Shown here piece after piece: positions 1 to 12,469 of a stretch of 64,000 nt of DNA. Positions within the stretch are counted from its first letter, which is position 1; each line of letters opens with the position of its first letter. The stretch is from positions 992,001-1,056,000 of the forward strand of contig JAUPSS010000005.1 of assembly GCA_040285825.1 (NCBI GenBank), in the 5' to 3' direction. This stretch comes from Eukaryota sp. TZLM1-RC. Lineage: Eukaryota > Protista > Metamonada: BaSk clade. Both the position numbers and the translations under genes were made by a program. The notes below the pieces were generated by a model. That model did no database searches. It was given only the letters and a program-made list of their open reading frames with translations, and was not told the origin of the DNA.

Positions 1-338
1 CCCATTTATACTATTGCAAAAACTGTTTTTCGTGGATTGATGTCATGGATTCTGGTGGGATTTCTCAATTTTCTGTGGAACAACGCCCATTTGCACTGAG
101 AGATGATAAAAAATGTAAAGTTTGTCAAGAAAACTGCTTGCATTTTCTTCCTCGTGATTCAGAAGGTAGAAATATTCGTAACTACAATCAAATTATATAC
201 GACCATTTCAAGAATAATTGGTCATGTGGTTTTGTTCCTTTTACTGTTTACTTTGAGTTAATGGAAAACCATATCAGAAATCTAATCCCTTATACCAGTT
301 TATCTGCTTATAGGAAGCTCTTAGCTCCTAGCTCTTTG

Positions 339-2429
339 CTAGGTGTTGTTGTTGTTTAAGTCGAAGAACATAGATCTAACGAAGTCGTACTGATGAACAG
401 GTTGACCGTATTTGGTGATCGGCGTAAATGCTCTGGTGGGTCCATCGCGATCCCTAACTGTTTTAGCCCAATTGCCAAAGTTAAGAACGAAGTCGAAGAT
501 CTTCTTGGCGTCAAACGCTTCATTTAACTTAACTAGGCATCTCAGTTTGTCGTCTATTCTTTTCCTCAATTTCTCCTCGTCTGTTACAGGAGTTCTATAA
601 AGACCGAGGGTGTCGACGAGAGAATCTCTAGGAGCATTCGTTCCTAGGGGTTGCGTGGGTATAGATGATTTTATAACAGATGCTTGTGTAGGAGTTGCTT
701 CACAAGAAGCTCTCCTAGATGCCAGAGGCCCTACAGAAGGTGTACTATATAGGTTCATATTCCTCTCTTCTGAAGGCAATGTTTCGCCCAACTTTATGAT
801 AAATCTTGTCTTAGGAGGTTCCTCCTGCACAGGTACAGTCTGGGCTGGTGGTCTTAAATCCACCCAATCTGGTGCATCTTTAGATCCTCTAGGGACCCCT
901 GCTAGTTTATGATCATATGGAAGGCAACTGCTCTTTATTAAGACATTCTCAAAAACATTTTGGTCGGGCCAGCTATCAACCCATGCCTTAAGTTTAGCCA
1001 TCCATGCATCAGGGTATACTAGTTTTAACTTGTTGGGGCCAACACATTGCTCTTTCAATTCAATTACCCTCGTGCCTATTTCTCTAATATAGGACTCTTT
1101 GGTATGAAATTGAAGGGTGTCACCTCGAGATTCATCGAATCTGCCCCCAAGCATAATAAGAATGTCCGCAATGGAATCTTTTGGGTGTACATTCTCCACT
1201 AGGAAATGCCTTACGACGCCTCTAAGGTTTCTACCTTGTTGATTATGAGGATACATTTTAGCTATCCAAAATAGTCTGTCGTAAGCTTCTTGATTTCCAC
1301 TGAAATATATTTTGTGGTCATCAATTGCATCCCTATGCCATTTGGCAGGCCTGGGAGTAGCAGCTTGATACTTTGAACGAGGTGCGCTAAAATAGCAATC
1401 CTCGACTGCACTCATTCCACACGAGACTGCCGAATCGGTAAGATCATCCAATCTCTTTAAAAGATTTGGACTTTGATCATAACTCTCGTAGACGACGTCG
1501 TCAAGTGTTTTGCCGTGGGCTTCCCCAAAGAGGAAGGGCCAACGTTTCGCTAAATAGTCACGTCGCACCTTCTCACATTCGGCTGGGTCTACGTCTCCCG
1601 CAAAACGCTCTGACTCATTCTCAGCCATTTTTAATAATTCGTCATCACTCCAATCCAGTATATCTTCGGGAGGATTGGCGATGAGGTCCAATAAGAAATC
1701 TCTAGTTACAGCCTCAACTGCCTTTGCTAATTTCCTGCGGTAAAGACCCTGAGAAGTCCTTTCCGTAGATGGGAAACTAGGAGTTGGATTAGGAGAATTG
1801 GGTGTATGAGGTGGTTCATCATCGCTCTCATCCCCTCTCCTGCTGTAGTTCTGATTAAGAGATCCTCTGGAATCACTTTGAGGTTCCTCACTTGAGCTGA
1901 TGTCAGAAGTAGGTGAGGAGGGAGTTTTACGTGAGGAGCCAGTCGTAGACTGTTGCTCGCCTTCACCTCCTTCACCTTCTGTACAAGCGTCAGATTTGGT
2001 ACTTACAACAAACGCTTTGAATCTCCGTTGCTCGCTCGGAGTGAGAAAACTCTTCCTACAAGGAAGGAGCTCCGAGGAGTTGTCGGGGTATGTGTATAGT
2101 TCTGACACATCAACAACGTGGTTACCTCTCTCCGTATAAGGGAGGTGACTTCTTTTCTGGGAGGTGGGGCTCTCCTCAGTGCGAAGTTCACTCTCCTTAT
2201 TGAGGAGGTGGCTTTCTTTCTGAGAGGCAATGCTCTTCTCAGCGGAAAGCTCACTCTCCTTTGGAGGATTACTCTTCCCGAAGGAAGGACTACTCTCCGC
2301 AAGTGGAGGATTACTCACCGAGGACGGTGGACTGTTCTCCTTCAAAGAAGGGACATTACTCTTCCTCAGAGAGGAAGGAGGGTTATCATTGTGGCTATTC
2401 AAGCCATTAATTAATGATGCTCTATCCAT
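339..2429 (-). CDS. Gag-like protein of element A1 (Ser/Pro-rich N-terminus; ATG inside the LTR; C-terminus truncated)
   Basis: 696-aa ORF directly downstream of the LTR start. It shares blocks with A2 (KRWPFLFG, WIAKMYPH, RHFLVEN, KLKAWVDS, KSSCLPY). Confidence 0.75.
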   Translation of the reverse strand: MDRASLINGLNSHNDNPPSSLRKSNVPSLKENSPPSSVSNPPLAESSPSFGKSNPPKESELSAEKSIASQKESHLLNKESELRTEESPTSQKRSHLPYTERGNHVVDVSELYTYPDNSSELLPCRKSFLTPSEQRRFKAFVVSTKSDACTEGEGGEGEQQSTTGSSRKTPSSPTSDISSSEEPQSDSRGSLNQNYSRRGDESDDEPPHTPNSPNPTPSFPSTERTSQGLYRRKLAKAVEAVTRDFLLDLIANPPEDILDWSDDELLKMAENESERFAGDVDPAECEKVRRDYLAKRWPFLFGEAHGKTLDDVVYESYDQSPNLLKRLDDLTDSAVSCGMSAVEDCYFSAPRSKYQAATPRPAKWHRDAIDDHKIYFSGNQEAYDRLFWIAKMYPHNQQGRNLRGVVRHFLVENVHPKDSIADILIMLGGRFDESRGDTLQFHTKESYIREIGTRVIELKEQCVGPNKLKLVYPDAWMAKLKAWVDSWPDQNVFENVLIKSSCLPYDHKLAGVPRGSKDAPDWVDLRPPAQTVPVQEEPPKTRFIIKLGETLPSEERNMNLYSTPSVGPLASRRASCEATPTQASVIKSSIPTQPLGTNAPRDSLVDTLGLYRTPVTDEEKLRKRIDDKLRCLVKLNEAFDAKKIFDFVLNFGNWAKTVRDRDGPTRAFTPITKYGQPVHQYDFVRSMFFDLNNNNT
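2405..2416. other. 12-nt palindrome CATTAATTAATG at the 5' LTR end / PBS position (A1)
   Basis: Read directly; its CA is the terminal CA of the LTR. Confidence 0.9.
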
Positions 2430-3341
2430 ATGATAACAAGAATAAGGAATAATTTATTAGAATTTCACCGGCCCTTATAAAGGCCATCACTAGTGAACTA
2501 TGTTATATAAATATAAATGTACTAGACTAATTGTCCACAGTACAACATTGCAGTGGTCCATTGGTGATCATTAAGTCAAATCACCAATCAAATTACCCCT
2601 CATTGATATCATGTCCATTTCAAGTGGTATAAGTTATTCTTTTGCCCTTTCTGCTGATGGACAGTTGGTTGGTTGGGGTTACAATGAATTTAATGAAATC
2701 TCGATGTCAGAAGAATGGTTCTTACCAATTATTTTCTTAGAAATTCCGCATGGTATCAAGAAGTTTATAGTGGTCGTGATTCTTCATTTGCTTTGACCCA
2801 AGAAGGTAAAGTTGTTAAATGGGGACACATGGGTTCTTTTGAATTAATTAAAGAATTAAATAATATTGTTTTAATTTCTGTGTATGGGGATTCTTTCGTA
2901 GCAGTAAATGAAAATGGTGAATTCTTTTACTTAAACAGCTCTAACGAATATTGTCCATGTGTTTCAGAGATAGCAGTAACGAACCACCTATCGCCAAAAG
3001 AGCCATTCTGTGATTCTTTTGTATTAATTGGTGATTGCCTATTCGTTATTGACATTTATGGTGATCTTTGGCAGTTCAACAAGGGAGGTAATGATGCTTT
3101 TAATGATGAAGCTACTACTGTTGTAGGTCTAACTAGTATTGTTTCCATTGGTGGTTGTGAGAGTAATTACGCTGCCATTGACAATAATGGTTAAGTGTTT
3201 GTGTGGGGTTGTTTGGGTAATTTGAGCAATGGCTATGAAGTTAGCGAACTACCAAGATGTATTGTGTTGGCGCCCTAAGGCTTATATAATATGAATAGAA
3301 AATAAATCAGACTTTTCTTTACTACAATAGACTTTAGGCAA

Positions 3342-3353
3342 CAATAATTATTG
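3342..3353. other. 12-nt palindrome CAATAATTATTG at the 5' LTR end / PBS position (B1)
   Basis: Read directly; the LTR end is fixed by comparison with the 3' LTR and TSD. Confidence 0.95.
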
Positions 3354-3420
3354 GCCATTTTAAAGTCAAAAGGTATACCATAACTTCAGTATTAGTGAAC
3401 ATCTTCAGACACTTTATAGC

Positions 3421-5506
3421 ATGTCAGACATCTTCCAACAACATATTTGTGACTCTAATCCACCACTTAATATGCAGCAGGTACCAGCGTCACATACACA
3501 TGATATAGAGGGTAACGAGGCAACGGACCCGGATCCCACCTCCCCCTCCCTTAAAGTGAAAGATGAAAGAGTGGACGAGGTCCCTCCATCTTCAATAACA
3601 GAAGAGGTAACGAGAACGGACCGGGCTCCCTCTCCCCTCAAAGCAATGGAAGAGGCAACGAGAACGGACCCGGCTCCCTCTCCCCTCCCAATTCTAGAAC
3701 CTGTCTCAAAGCGAACGGATGGAGATCCCACCTTAGACACGTCTTCCCCATTAGGAGAATATGAAGAAATTCAATCTCAACTGGATGAAATGGAGGGAGA
3801 AGACGACTCTTCTGAGGGGTTCTACAAGTTATTAAGAGAGAATGCGGAGGCTTACCTCGAACCAACAGATTTCTGTCTGTTCGAGCAGCTTCCCCCTTTA
3901 TGGAGTCACATTCAAAAAAGAGGCAGAAACGTTGGTTTTCAGACCCTCGGAATGATTGGGGATACCCAAAAGGTATTGGAAATTCCCCTCAATGAAAGGA
4001 ATGAACTCATAAAGGCACTCGATAAACTGAGTAGAGAGACATTCGGGCGTAACGCAGAGCGCCGTCCCAGAATCTCCGGAATGGACAAGAGAATCAATGA
4101 ATTGATGTCTCTTCCCATCAAAGATAGATTGGATTGGAAGGCCTCCTTCCCAGATCAATACGGCAGGAGAATAAGGTTTCTCTCCATCGAGCAGAGAAGT
4201 AGGACCGACTCGGAAGGCATCCTACAATCCAAATTGCCTGCCTGGTTTGATCCTAACTTTGATACGGTAAGCCATAATTACACGGAGCTGACAGAGGGTG
4301 CTCCCACATATTTTACGGAATTTATGGAGCAGGAGGATAGTAGTGAACAAGACAAGCTTGAACCAGTAACACCCTGGTTTGATGCAGACGCTTTAAATAA
4401 CATTCATACGGAACGATCAGCTGTATCCACGTATAGGAGCCGTCCTAACAACTACATCCAACAACATGGTAACTCGTTCACAAAACAACGAGAGTTTAGA
4501 CAATGGGTAACGGGAGATCCATCCACATCTCTCCACCTTCCCAAACTGCCTGTTGTAGCCCCTATAATTTCTGAAAAAAGCCAACCAATACAGGTCTGCT
4601 CTATTGACAGCATACCCGAACACGTTCCAACAGTGAACGTCCCGGAACCTGTAACTAGACAAGACGTTGCTCCTCAGGAAGAACCAACTTCCTCCCAACC
4701 TATGGAACGTGAAATCGGAGAAGACATAGAGTTGAACAGGCCAGTCGTTGGAGAAACGGCTCCTCCTCAACCCTCAATAAGAAACTCTTCTTCCACAGAT
4801 CTATGCGTATTGAGGACCTACAATCCTCAAGAAGAGCTATTGACATGAGCATAGCTAGTAGCCTTCATAGACAGATTGATCCACGGTCTAAGGATATCGA
4901 CTATAAAAGACCTCGATTATCCGCTGATGACCGTATCAACAAAATGTCTATCATAGCTTTTCTTTTAAAATATCAAACTTGGGATAAATACGGGCGAAAG
5001 ATAGCTAATAGAAGCTTTGAAGCCCCAGGTCAATCAGATTGGACCAGAGCCTTTATGATAGCTACCCAGCTATTTGGAGAAGGCCAAGCAGAAATCACCC
5101 AAGATAAGATTAAAGATCGATCTCCCCAAACATATACGCGACGAGATCACCAGGGATACAACTCAGCCTTTGGTAAGGATTGACCCAGCTATAACAGATA
5201 AGCTCGGACCCCCAATCCACCATTATGATTTATTTAGGAGCATGATGAATGAGCACTTGCCCTACAGGAATATCCAGCATGATTGACCCTAGCCTGCTAT
5301 CCAGATGGCAAAGTCAAGGTTTACTCGGTGTTGATTATACCGGCGCCGACGTCATGGTATTTCTGTTAAAAAGAACACAATTCACATCATATCATGAGGC
5401 CTGTACAGCTCTAATGAAGCCTAGAATAAACTGGAGAAAAATCCACAACAGATTAATTCTACGGTTAGTGAAAACCACATCAGGTCCCAGTGTTCTCCAT
5501 TTCTAA
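3421..5506 (+). pseudogene. gag of B1 (frameshifted; C-terminal part apparently deleted)
   Basis: Consecutive ORF pieces 3421-4848, 4803-5183, 5074-5286 and 5249-5506. Paralogous to 18335-19751. Confidence 0.7.
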
Positions 5507-8500
5507 GACTGGAGATATCAATAAATGATATTAAAATGATTGCGACTATAGATTCGGCTGCGTTTTGTTCAGTTATTACTGCAGATTTAGCTGAACAATG
5601 CCATATGTCAATCAATAGCAAGGATACTGTTAAGTTCTTACCAGCTAATAATGTATCCACAAAATCGCTACGAAGTGCAACTGGTATTCTGTCGTTCAAC
5701 GTAGGAAGCATTGTGCAACATGTTCATTATAAACATACTCTTCCCATAATTCCGGGTTCGAACAAATTATTAATAGGGACAGACATGTGAAAAGCACTTG
5801 GGCTTCAGACGGATGATGGTCTTTTCATTAGATTAGACAAAGAACACCGCACTTTGCTAAATGCAGAATCAGAATTCGACTCTAGGATCGCTCAACATTC
5901 GATTGGGAACTTAGATAACCAATCACCAAGTCCTTCTGATTTTGAGGAGCAATTAGCAAGATCTGGATGTGAGATAAACTTAGATGATAGTAATAATAAA
6001 TTAAAATTAACGAGTCTACTAAAATTATTCAGCGATGTTTTTAGTGAAACTCCTAATAGAAAAGGAATCGATTGTAATCCTCTAACAATCCCCTTTAGAG
6101 ATGAGAATGCTATAGTACACAAGCCTGCTAGACGATTAAATCCCAGCAAAATGGAAATAGCAAACAAAATATTTGATGAACTGATCGAAATGGGTTATGC
6201 AGTTGAATCTAATTATAAATTCAGCTCTCCTATTGTCTTAGTTATATATCCTGACGGCAAGAAACCCAGGTTAACTGGAGACTTTAGTGGTAAAGATGGA
6301 GTTAATGCCCATACGATTTCAGTAGAGCCTAATCTACCTAGGATTAGTGATATTTTAGAATTTTTGAGTAGAGCAAATTACATCGCCACGCTTGATTTAC
6401 CAAAAGCTTTCTGGCAGATGAATGTAGCTGATAAGGATATTGAGAAAACATCAATCTCAATTCCTGGAAGGTCAATCATGTTTAAAAGAGCTTGCTTCGG
6501 ATTAAAGAACATCCCAGCAGTTTTTCAAAACGTAATGATGGAAATTTTCCAAATAGACGGCGTTTTTATATACATTGACGATATCATAATAGTTGGAACG
6601 ACATTCGAAGAATTTTATAAGAGATTACAAAGAGTCCTCCAATGCGCCAGAAATAGACGCGTAAATATAGGCTTACGTAAATGTAAATTCGTAACATCAA
6701 AACACCCTATCGACATTTTAGGAAGTACCTTCCAGGATAAAACTAGATTTATTAGTAAGAAAAAAATCGAAGCCTTGATGAGAATCCCTAGACCAAAAAC
6801 AGTGAAAAAAGTTCGCTCATTGGTAGGATCCATCAATTATATTAGAGATTGGCTTCCAGGTATTTCTGAATTAATTGCTCCAATTAACGAGCTAATTAAA
6901 GGAAAACCCAGAATAATTAAATGGACTAGCAAGCATGACGATTACCTAAAACAAATAAAAGACTTAATAGTAAACCACATGCCCCTTGAATTACCAGCTC
7001 CGGGCAAGCGAGTATTGATAAGTACTGACGCTTCAGATGTAGCAGTAGGAGGTGTTATTTGGCAAGAAATTGAACCCTACTCCCTGCAGGAACCCCGCTA
7101 AATAAAAGGAAAGTAAAACCTTTGTCATTCTATAGTAGATTACTTACAGAAACACAAAGAAAATGGTCCACATTACAAAAAGAATTATATGCAATACTTT
7201 TGATTTTAACTGAAAGTTGTTTAGAAAGCTACTTGTTAACTAGACATTTAACATTTTTCACAGATCATAAAAACATTGCATTCCTGGCTACAGCCCCAGA
7301 GAAAAATAGAATTGTAAAGAGATGGCTGCCGATACTATCTGAATTCGACTTTGACATAGTCCACGAACCTGGTGAAGACAACCATTGGGCAGATATGTTA
7401 TCGAGGAATATTGATTTGGAACAAAACGAGGAACACTCCTTCTATTTGTAGCATAAATATACCAGATACTTTACTTTCAAATTACGAGATACCTCCACTA
7501 GACGATGATTCTGATTCGAATCTTGAAGACATCCCATCAATCTCATCTCTAAGTAGACACCAAGACCTACCTATTTTTTCTTCTTGGTTCTCTAAGATAA
7601 GATCCGAACAACAAATAGCCAAAAACAACAACGACTCGTTATTTGAAAATGTAATTCTAGATGAAAATACTCAAATTTGGAAAAATAATAAAAACAAAAT
7701 TTTGATTCCAAAGAGCCTCAGAAAACAGGCACTACTATTAATACATGGCTTGGTTCAATCTGGTCACCCCAGTAAAAACGATAGTTTACACCAACTATCC
7801 AAAAGCGATTTTTACTGGCCCAATATGAGAAAGGACCTCATTAATCATGTCAAAAGATGCCCAACTTGTCAAAAAACGGCTCCAGTTAAAAGATCAAAAA
7901 CACCTTCCAAAGGATCTTTATGGGCAGATCGTCCTTTTGCCAGATTAAACGTCGATACAATTGGACCCCTAAATTCTGACAACGAAGGAAATAAATATCT
8001 TTTAGTATTTGTAGACTCTTTCACTGGATATACAATTTTAGTCCCTCTAAAAGAACTCAATGCCTTAGAAACCGCTGATGCCTTAATTTGGAATGTTTGT
8101 GCTATCTTTGGCATACCTATGTTAATTCATAGTGATAATGGACCTGAGTTCGCCAACGAGACTTTTAAAATAGTGTGTAACAGATAGCGATTGAGACGAG
8201 TAACTCAATTCCCCACTATTCAGAAAGTAATGGACTTGTAGAACGTAAACATAGAGACGTTCTTCAATGCTTAAGGAAACTATTAATAGATTTCAACGAT
8301 TACGGAAATTGGTCTACATACGTACCTATATCCCAACTATTAATAAATTCTACTAAAAGCAGAAAAACTGGTTTTACTCCATACGAACTCATGTTCGGTT
8401 CTTCGATTAGCCCAAGAACAGACCCTGCTAATATATTAGGAAATTTATCCAAATTTGAAACTAATATCCCCTTTATTAGAAGACATCAAAATGAAAAACA

Positions 8501-9069
8501 CTCCTCTACAAGAAAAAAGGGAAGAAGCAGAGCGTCACCAAACATTAAATACTTCGTTTTCAGTAGATAATACTAATTCGTGTTTTTTAGCATTTAATAT
8601 TGGTGACTACGTCTTACGTAAAACCAAGCAAAATAATAAATTGCATGGATCTTGGAATGGACCATTCTTAGTTATTGACCTTCCATCCAAATCTACTTTA
8701 TTATTGAAGAATCTTACTACTGGCACAGAATTAAAAGCTGCCAAGAAAGATTGCAAAATCTATGAAAATCCACAGGACATTGAGTTCCTCAAAGCAGTCG
8801 CTGCAGGCGATTCCGAAAAACACGTTATAGAGAAAATCCTCTCAGAATACCACTCTGATTCAGGTAGTTTCTGTACTGTTCAATGGTTTGGCGGTGAGAC
8901 AACAGAAGAGCCACTCCATTCGGTTAGACACTCAGAAGCTTATAAGTTATTTAGTAAGGATAACAAGAAAATTGGAAAACGTACCATTAGTCGACGACAA
9001 GGTACTTCCAATGAGTCTATTCCTTCTAAGAAGCCTAGACGCAGCAATAGAATTAGGAAGAGGAGCTAA
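5490..9069 (+). pseudogene. pol of B1: protease, RT, RNase H, integrase, chromodomain-like tail (frameshifts/stops)
   Basis: ATIDSAA (degenerate aspartic protease), LDLPKAFWQ, YIDD, TDASD, H..CPTC, DTIGP, SDNGPEF, VIEKIL...CTVQWFG. Confidence 0.9.
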
Positions 9070-11039
9070 TTCTTAGTTTATATCGATTATATGTATTTAT
9101 TTATAGTTATTTCGTTATTTGTATATAGTTTTTATTTCATATTCATATAAGCTGATCTATTTTGAAAAAGGGAAGAAGCAGTGTTGGCGCCCTAAGGCTT
9201 ATATGTTATGATGAGAAAATAAATCAGACTTTTCTTTACTACAATAGACTTTAGGCAACAATTGAAGCTTTAACTAATATGGAAGGTATTTCAGTAGGTG
9301 ATGACTTCCTTTTTGCCTACAACAAAAACACTGTTTGGGGTTAGGGAAGGAACGATAAAGGTCAATTAGGTACGTGTGATTTGATTTATCGACCACAACC
9401 TGTCAAAATCTTTGGATCTGAAATACTTGGCAGTTTTCAATATCCCAACCAACCTATGAATAGAATGTTTAGTGGTCTAATTAAGCTTGTTTATTGGGAA
9501 TATTTAAGTTATTTACAAAAGCTCTTTGGTAATCATCCATATATTAAAGCAAGATTTCACTCCAAATGTGGAGTAAGTAAAAGGGTAGCTCAATTTGCTC
9601 AAAAATTGATTAATGTTCATCCAATTCAAAATAAGTTGTTTATAAAAGATCCTCAAAATTTCAATTTAAATGAAAATATTTGTGATTTACAATTGCGATT
9701 ATCTACTAATTATTATGGACCCAAAGTAATTAATACTAGATTTAAAGAACTTGATGTTTACTATGATTGGGTTGATTATGATCCACAATTATTGACATTG
9801 TTTCCAAATGTTGAGCTTGTTAAGCTTGGTGGAGACTTAATTCCTCTTCATCATCTTTGGCCTCGGCGTATTTATCTAATTTCAAATGTCTAGAGCTTAA
9901 TCATCCATTCAGAATTCAACAATTACCCAGTTCACTAGTGAAGTTAGTGCTTAAACATGAATGAATTGAAGTTGATGATTTTAGTTACCTTACATCACTA
10001 AAAGCGTTGGTGGTTTTAGGTGTTGACTCTTATCAAGATTCTGTTTTCAAACAAATATCAGAATGACAAATACATTTGCCTCAATCAGTGGTCAGATTGG
10101 AAGAATCATTGAGTGAACTTGTGAATGTTCAAATACAATTCCCAAACTTGAAGGAATAGTTTACCATAAGGTTGTTACCAATTTCACTGAACAAAACTTT
10201 CCTTATTTGAAATTCATTCAATTTGTTAGATTTTCAGAACGAATTCAGCCTCCCCTATCTTTTAGAGAACTAATTAATCAAGGTATGGTAAAGTCTGTTA
10301 AACGAATCAAGAATGAATATTTAAGTGAATTATCTTTTTTTCCATGGTGGGTTCAGCGATCAGCTTAACGCCAGTGTATTGAGTCTATATGATTTTGTAG
10401 ATGAACAAGCACTACTGATGTAGAAATTAATAAAATTATTGGTGTTTGCTTCTTTAGCATTTCTTATTAGTTTTCTCGTTATAAATAATTGTTTTTGATG
10501 TTTATTTTTTCAAAAAAATGTATAAGATATATTTCAATTGTCTCTTCTTGAACGCTTCTAGACGGAGATGATTTATTGATTTATAGAAATAATTGTGTTT
10601 TTTCTCTTTGTATGAATTAAATCAATTCTCCACTCATTATTCAGATTTCTGTCCGAATATTGGTAACCAAAAAATGTAAAGTTGGGGCAATATTTCAGGT
10701 TTAAATTGTTTGAAAACTAAAAATCAGAAATCAGTAATCTACGTTTTTCAATAATTTATTAATTCAGAAATGATTACTTGATGTTTTGCATTGTATGTCA
10801 GCTAATGTTACCTGTTGTAACACACAAACAACTAACATGAAATGAGAAGAAAAATGCATTTGTTCCATATTTGTTGTTGTGAATTTTCTCTCCCTTTACC
10901 ATTTAAATAAATAACAGCTGTGAGTAATTATGTTGCAATACATATTTTGGTTAAAAAAAAGAAAAAATAAAAAAAAACAGCAGACCGTTACATTAATTAA
11001 ATCATTGTAGATAGTCATTTTGGCTTTTACGAGTCGAGT

Positions 11040-11510
11040 CATCATCAATGGTCATCTAGAGAGACTGGCTTAATGGAAATGCACAGCCTTTCGTTGACTT
11101 TTTAAGATTATTTGAATTCTTTTGGTCGAAATAGAGGTGTTAATGCTGGAAGGTCTTGAAAAGACGATCATCGTTATTGATGTGTGTAATGCTTCTTTTA
11201 AACCGTTAGCTCAGCCCAAATACTTTTGTCTGTTGCGGCAAACAATAAAAGTGATAAATATGAAGCAATAAGTTGCTTTTATGAATGCTGAATCTCACAC
11301 TCATAATTTCCTTTATCCATTCTCCTTCCATGGTTCATTTGAAGAGACGGCTTTATTGTTTTGAATGATATTGATGAAATTGTAAAACAACCTACAAAAA
11401 GATTTTTTGACAAAATGTTGTGGCAGAACAGAATCATATTTTCAATATTTAAAGGTATTGTTCACATGCAATCATCTATTTTATTATTTTTTGGACGGTT
11501 CTTCTGAATG
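11040..11510 (+). mobile_element. Degraded 3' (RLE endonuclease) fragment of a CRE-like non-LTR element
   Basis: Remnants such as RGVNAGR and LWQNRIIFSIFKG resemble 16860-17220. Confidence 0.55.
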
Positions 11511-11773
11511 CAGCTTTTTAATTTATTCCACTGAGAAACTAAACCACAGATTCTAAATTCTAAATCTTCATATCCCAAATCAGCCAAAAAGTATTGACTG
11601 GAATTTTTTCTTCATAAAAACGACCAAAAGATAATAAATCAGAAGATGATAAGGGGACGACACCTTTTTTGGACGGTTTCATGAAAAAAATTGCAGTTGT
11701 CATAAGTTTGATATAAAGCTTTTTGAAATATATCAAAATCTCTTCTCCTCTTACTTAATACTTGTTTACCACA

Positions 11774-12469
11774 ATGTCTGATTCTGAACCTGAGGCTGTT
11801 GACGTTGGCACTTATGAAGGCGAACGCAATGAAGATGGAGCTCGCCATGGTCAAGGAAAATGTGAATATGCAAATGGGGACAAGTATGAAGGTACTTATG
11901 ACTCTGGCGTCCGCTCTGGGGAAGGTACATACATATGGCAACATCCCGAACACAGCTTCTACTATCAAGGCAACTACGACCAAGGCATCCGCAATGGAGA
12001 GGGCAAACTAAACCTCCCTGATGGCTCTTCTTACTCTGGACAATGGAAGGACGGTCTACCTCACGGTGAAGGTACTTTCACCTACGCAAACGGAGATACC
12101 TACACTGGCCAAGTGGAGAAAGGCCAACGTGAAGGTGAGGGATCGTACAAGTTTGCCTTAACTGAAGAAGTTCTCTCTGGTACATGGGAAGAAGGTCAAA
12201 TTTCAGAAGGAAGTCGCCAGATTTCTCCAAAAGTCAAGTGGGTAGGTCAGTTTTTGAATGGTCAACCAATGGGCAAAGGTTACTTTGAATTTATACATCT
12301 AGGTTATCGCCAATACGGTAAATACGTGCTACTCTCGGCTCTCGAACCTGAGAATGATGAGCAGGATAACGAAAGTGACAATGAGGAGGATGAAGATCAA
12401 CTCAACAGTACTTTAAAGATGAAAACGCCTGATGTGAAGTTTGTTCCTGGAAGGATAGCAAAGATTTAG
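11774..12469 (+). CDS. MORN-repeat protein, radial spoke head 1 (RSPH1)-like
   Basis: Tandem MORN repeats (YEGERNEDGARHGQGKCEYANGDKYEG...) and an acidic tail. ATG at 11774, TAG at 12469; intact. Confidence 0.85.
   Translation: MSDSEPEAVDVGTYEGERNEDGARHGQGKCEYANGDKYEGTYDSGVRSGEGTYIWQHPEHSFYYQGNYDQGIRNGEGKLNLPDGSSYSGQWKDGLPHGEGTFTYANGDTYTGQVEKGQREGEGSYKFALTEEVLSGTWEEGQISEGSRQISPKVKWVGQFLNGQPMGKGYFEFIHLGYRQYGKYVLLSALEPENDEQDNESDNEEDEDQLNSTLKMKTPDVKFVPGRIAKI

Larger units (their letters stand above)
303..2547 (-). mobile_element. Ty3/Gypsy-like LTR retrotransposon family A, copy A1 (5' LTR 2415-2547 + gag; 3' part lost)
   Basis: The reverse complement of 2415-2547 (TGTTGTACTGTGGACAATTAG...GCATCA) matches the paired LTRs at 60158-60292 and 63521-63655. 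The ORF is homologous to the A2 gag. The left boundary is approximate. Confidence 0.85.
3265..9260 (+). mobile_element. Ty3/Gypsy-like LTR retrotransposon B1, both LTRs present (3265-3343, 9182-9260; 79 bp), TSD ATTG
   Basis: TG...CA direct repeats with 4 mismatches. ATTG at 3261-3264 and 9261-9264. Polypurine tract GAAAAAGGGAAGAAGCAG before the 3' LTR. Order gag-PR-RT-RH-IN. Confidence 0.95.
2581..10420 (+). pseudogene. RCC1-repeat / LRR-like pseudogene split by element B1 (2581-3264 and 9261-~10420)
   Basis: RCC1-like motifs (SFALSADGQLVGWGYN, SFALTQEGKVVKWG, GRNDKGQLG). The frame rejoins across the ATTG target site (PRCI/EALTNMEGISVG). Several stops and frameshifts. Confidence 0.7.

Noticed and set aside
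3265-3343. Tf1-type self-priming via the transcript 5' end
   Set aside because: I found no segment complementary to the post-LTR sequence elsewhere within the A, B or C LTRs by eye.
3352-3370. TGG 8 nt after the LTR as a displaced tRNA PBS
   Set aside because: Sequence after TGG diverges quickly between relatives (TGGCTTGAAT vs TGGCCCGAAA in A; TGGCCATTTTA vs TGGCCATTTAG in B/F), and D and G have TGA/TGT. A formal tRNA comparison is still needed.
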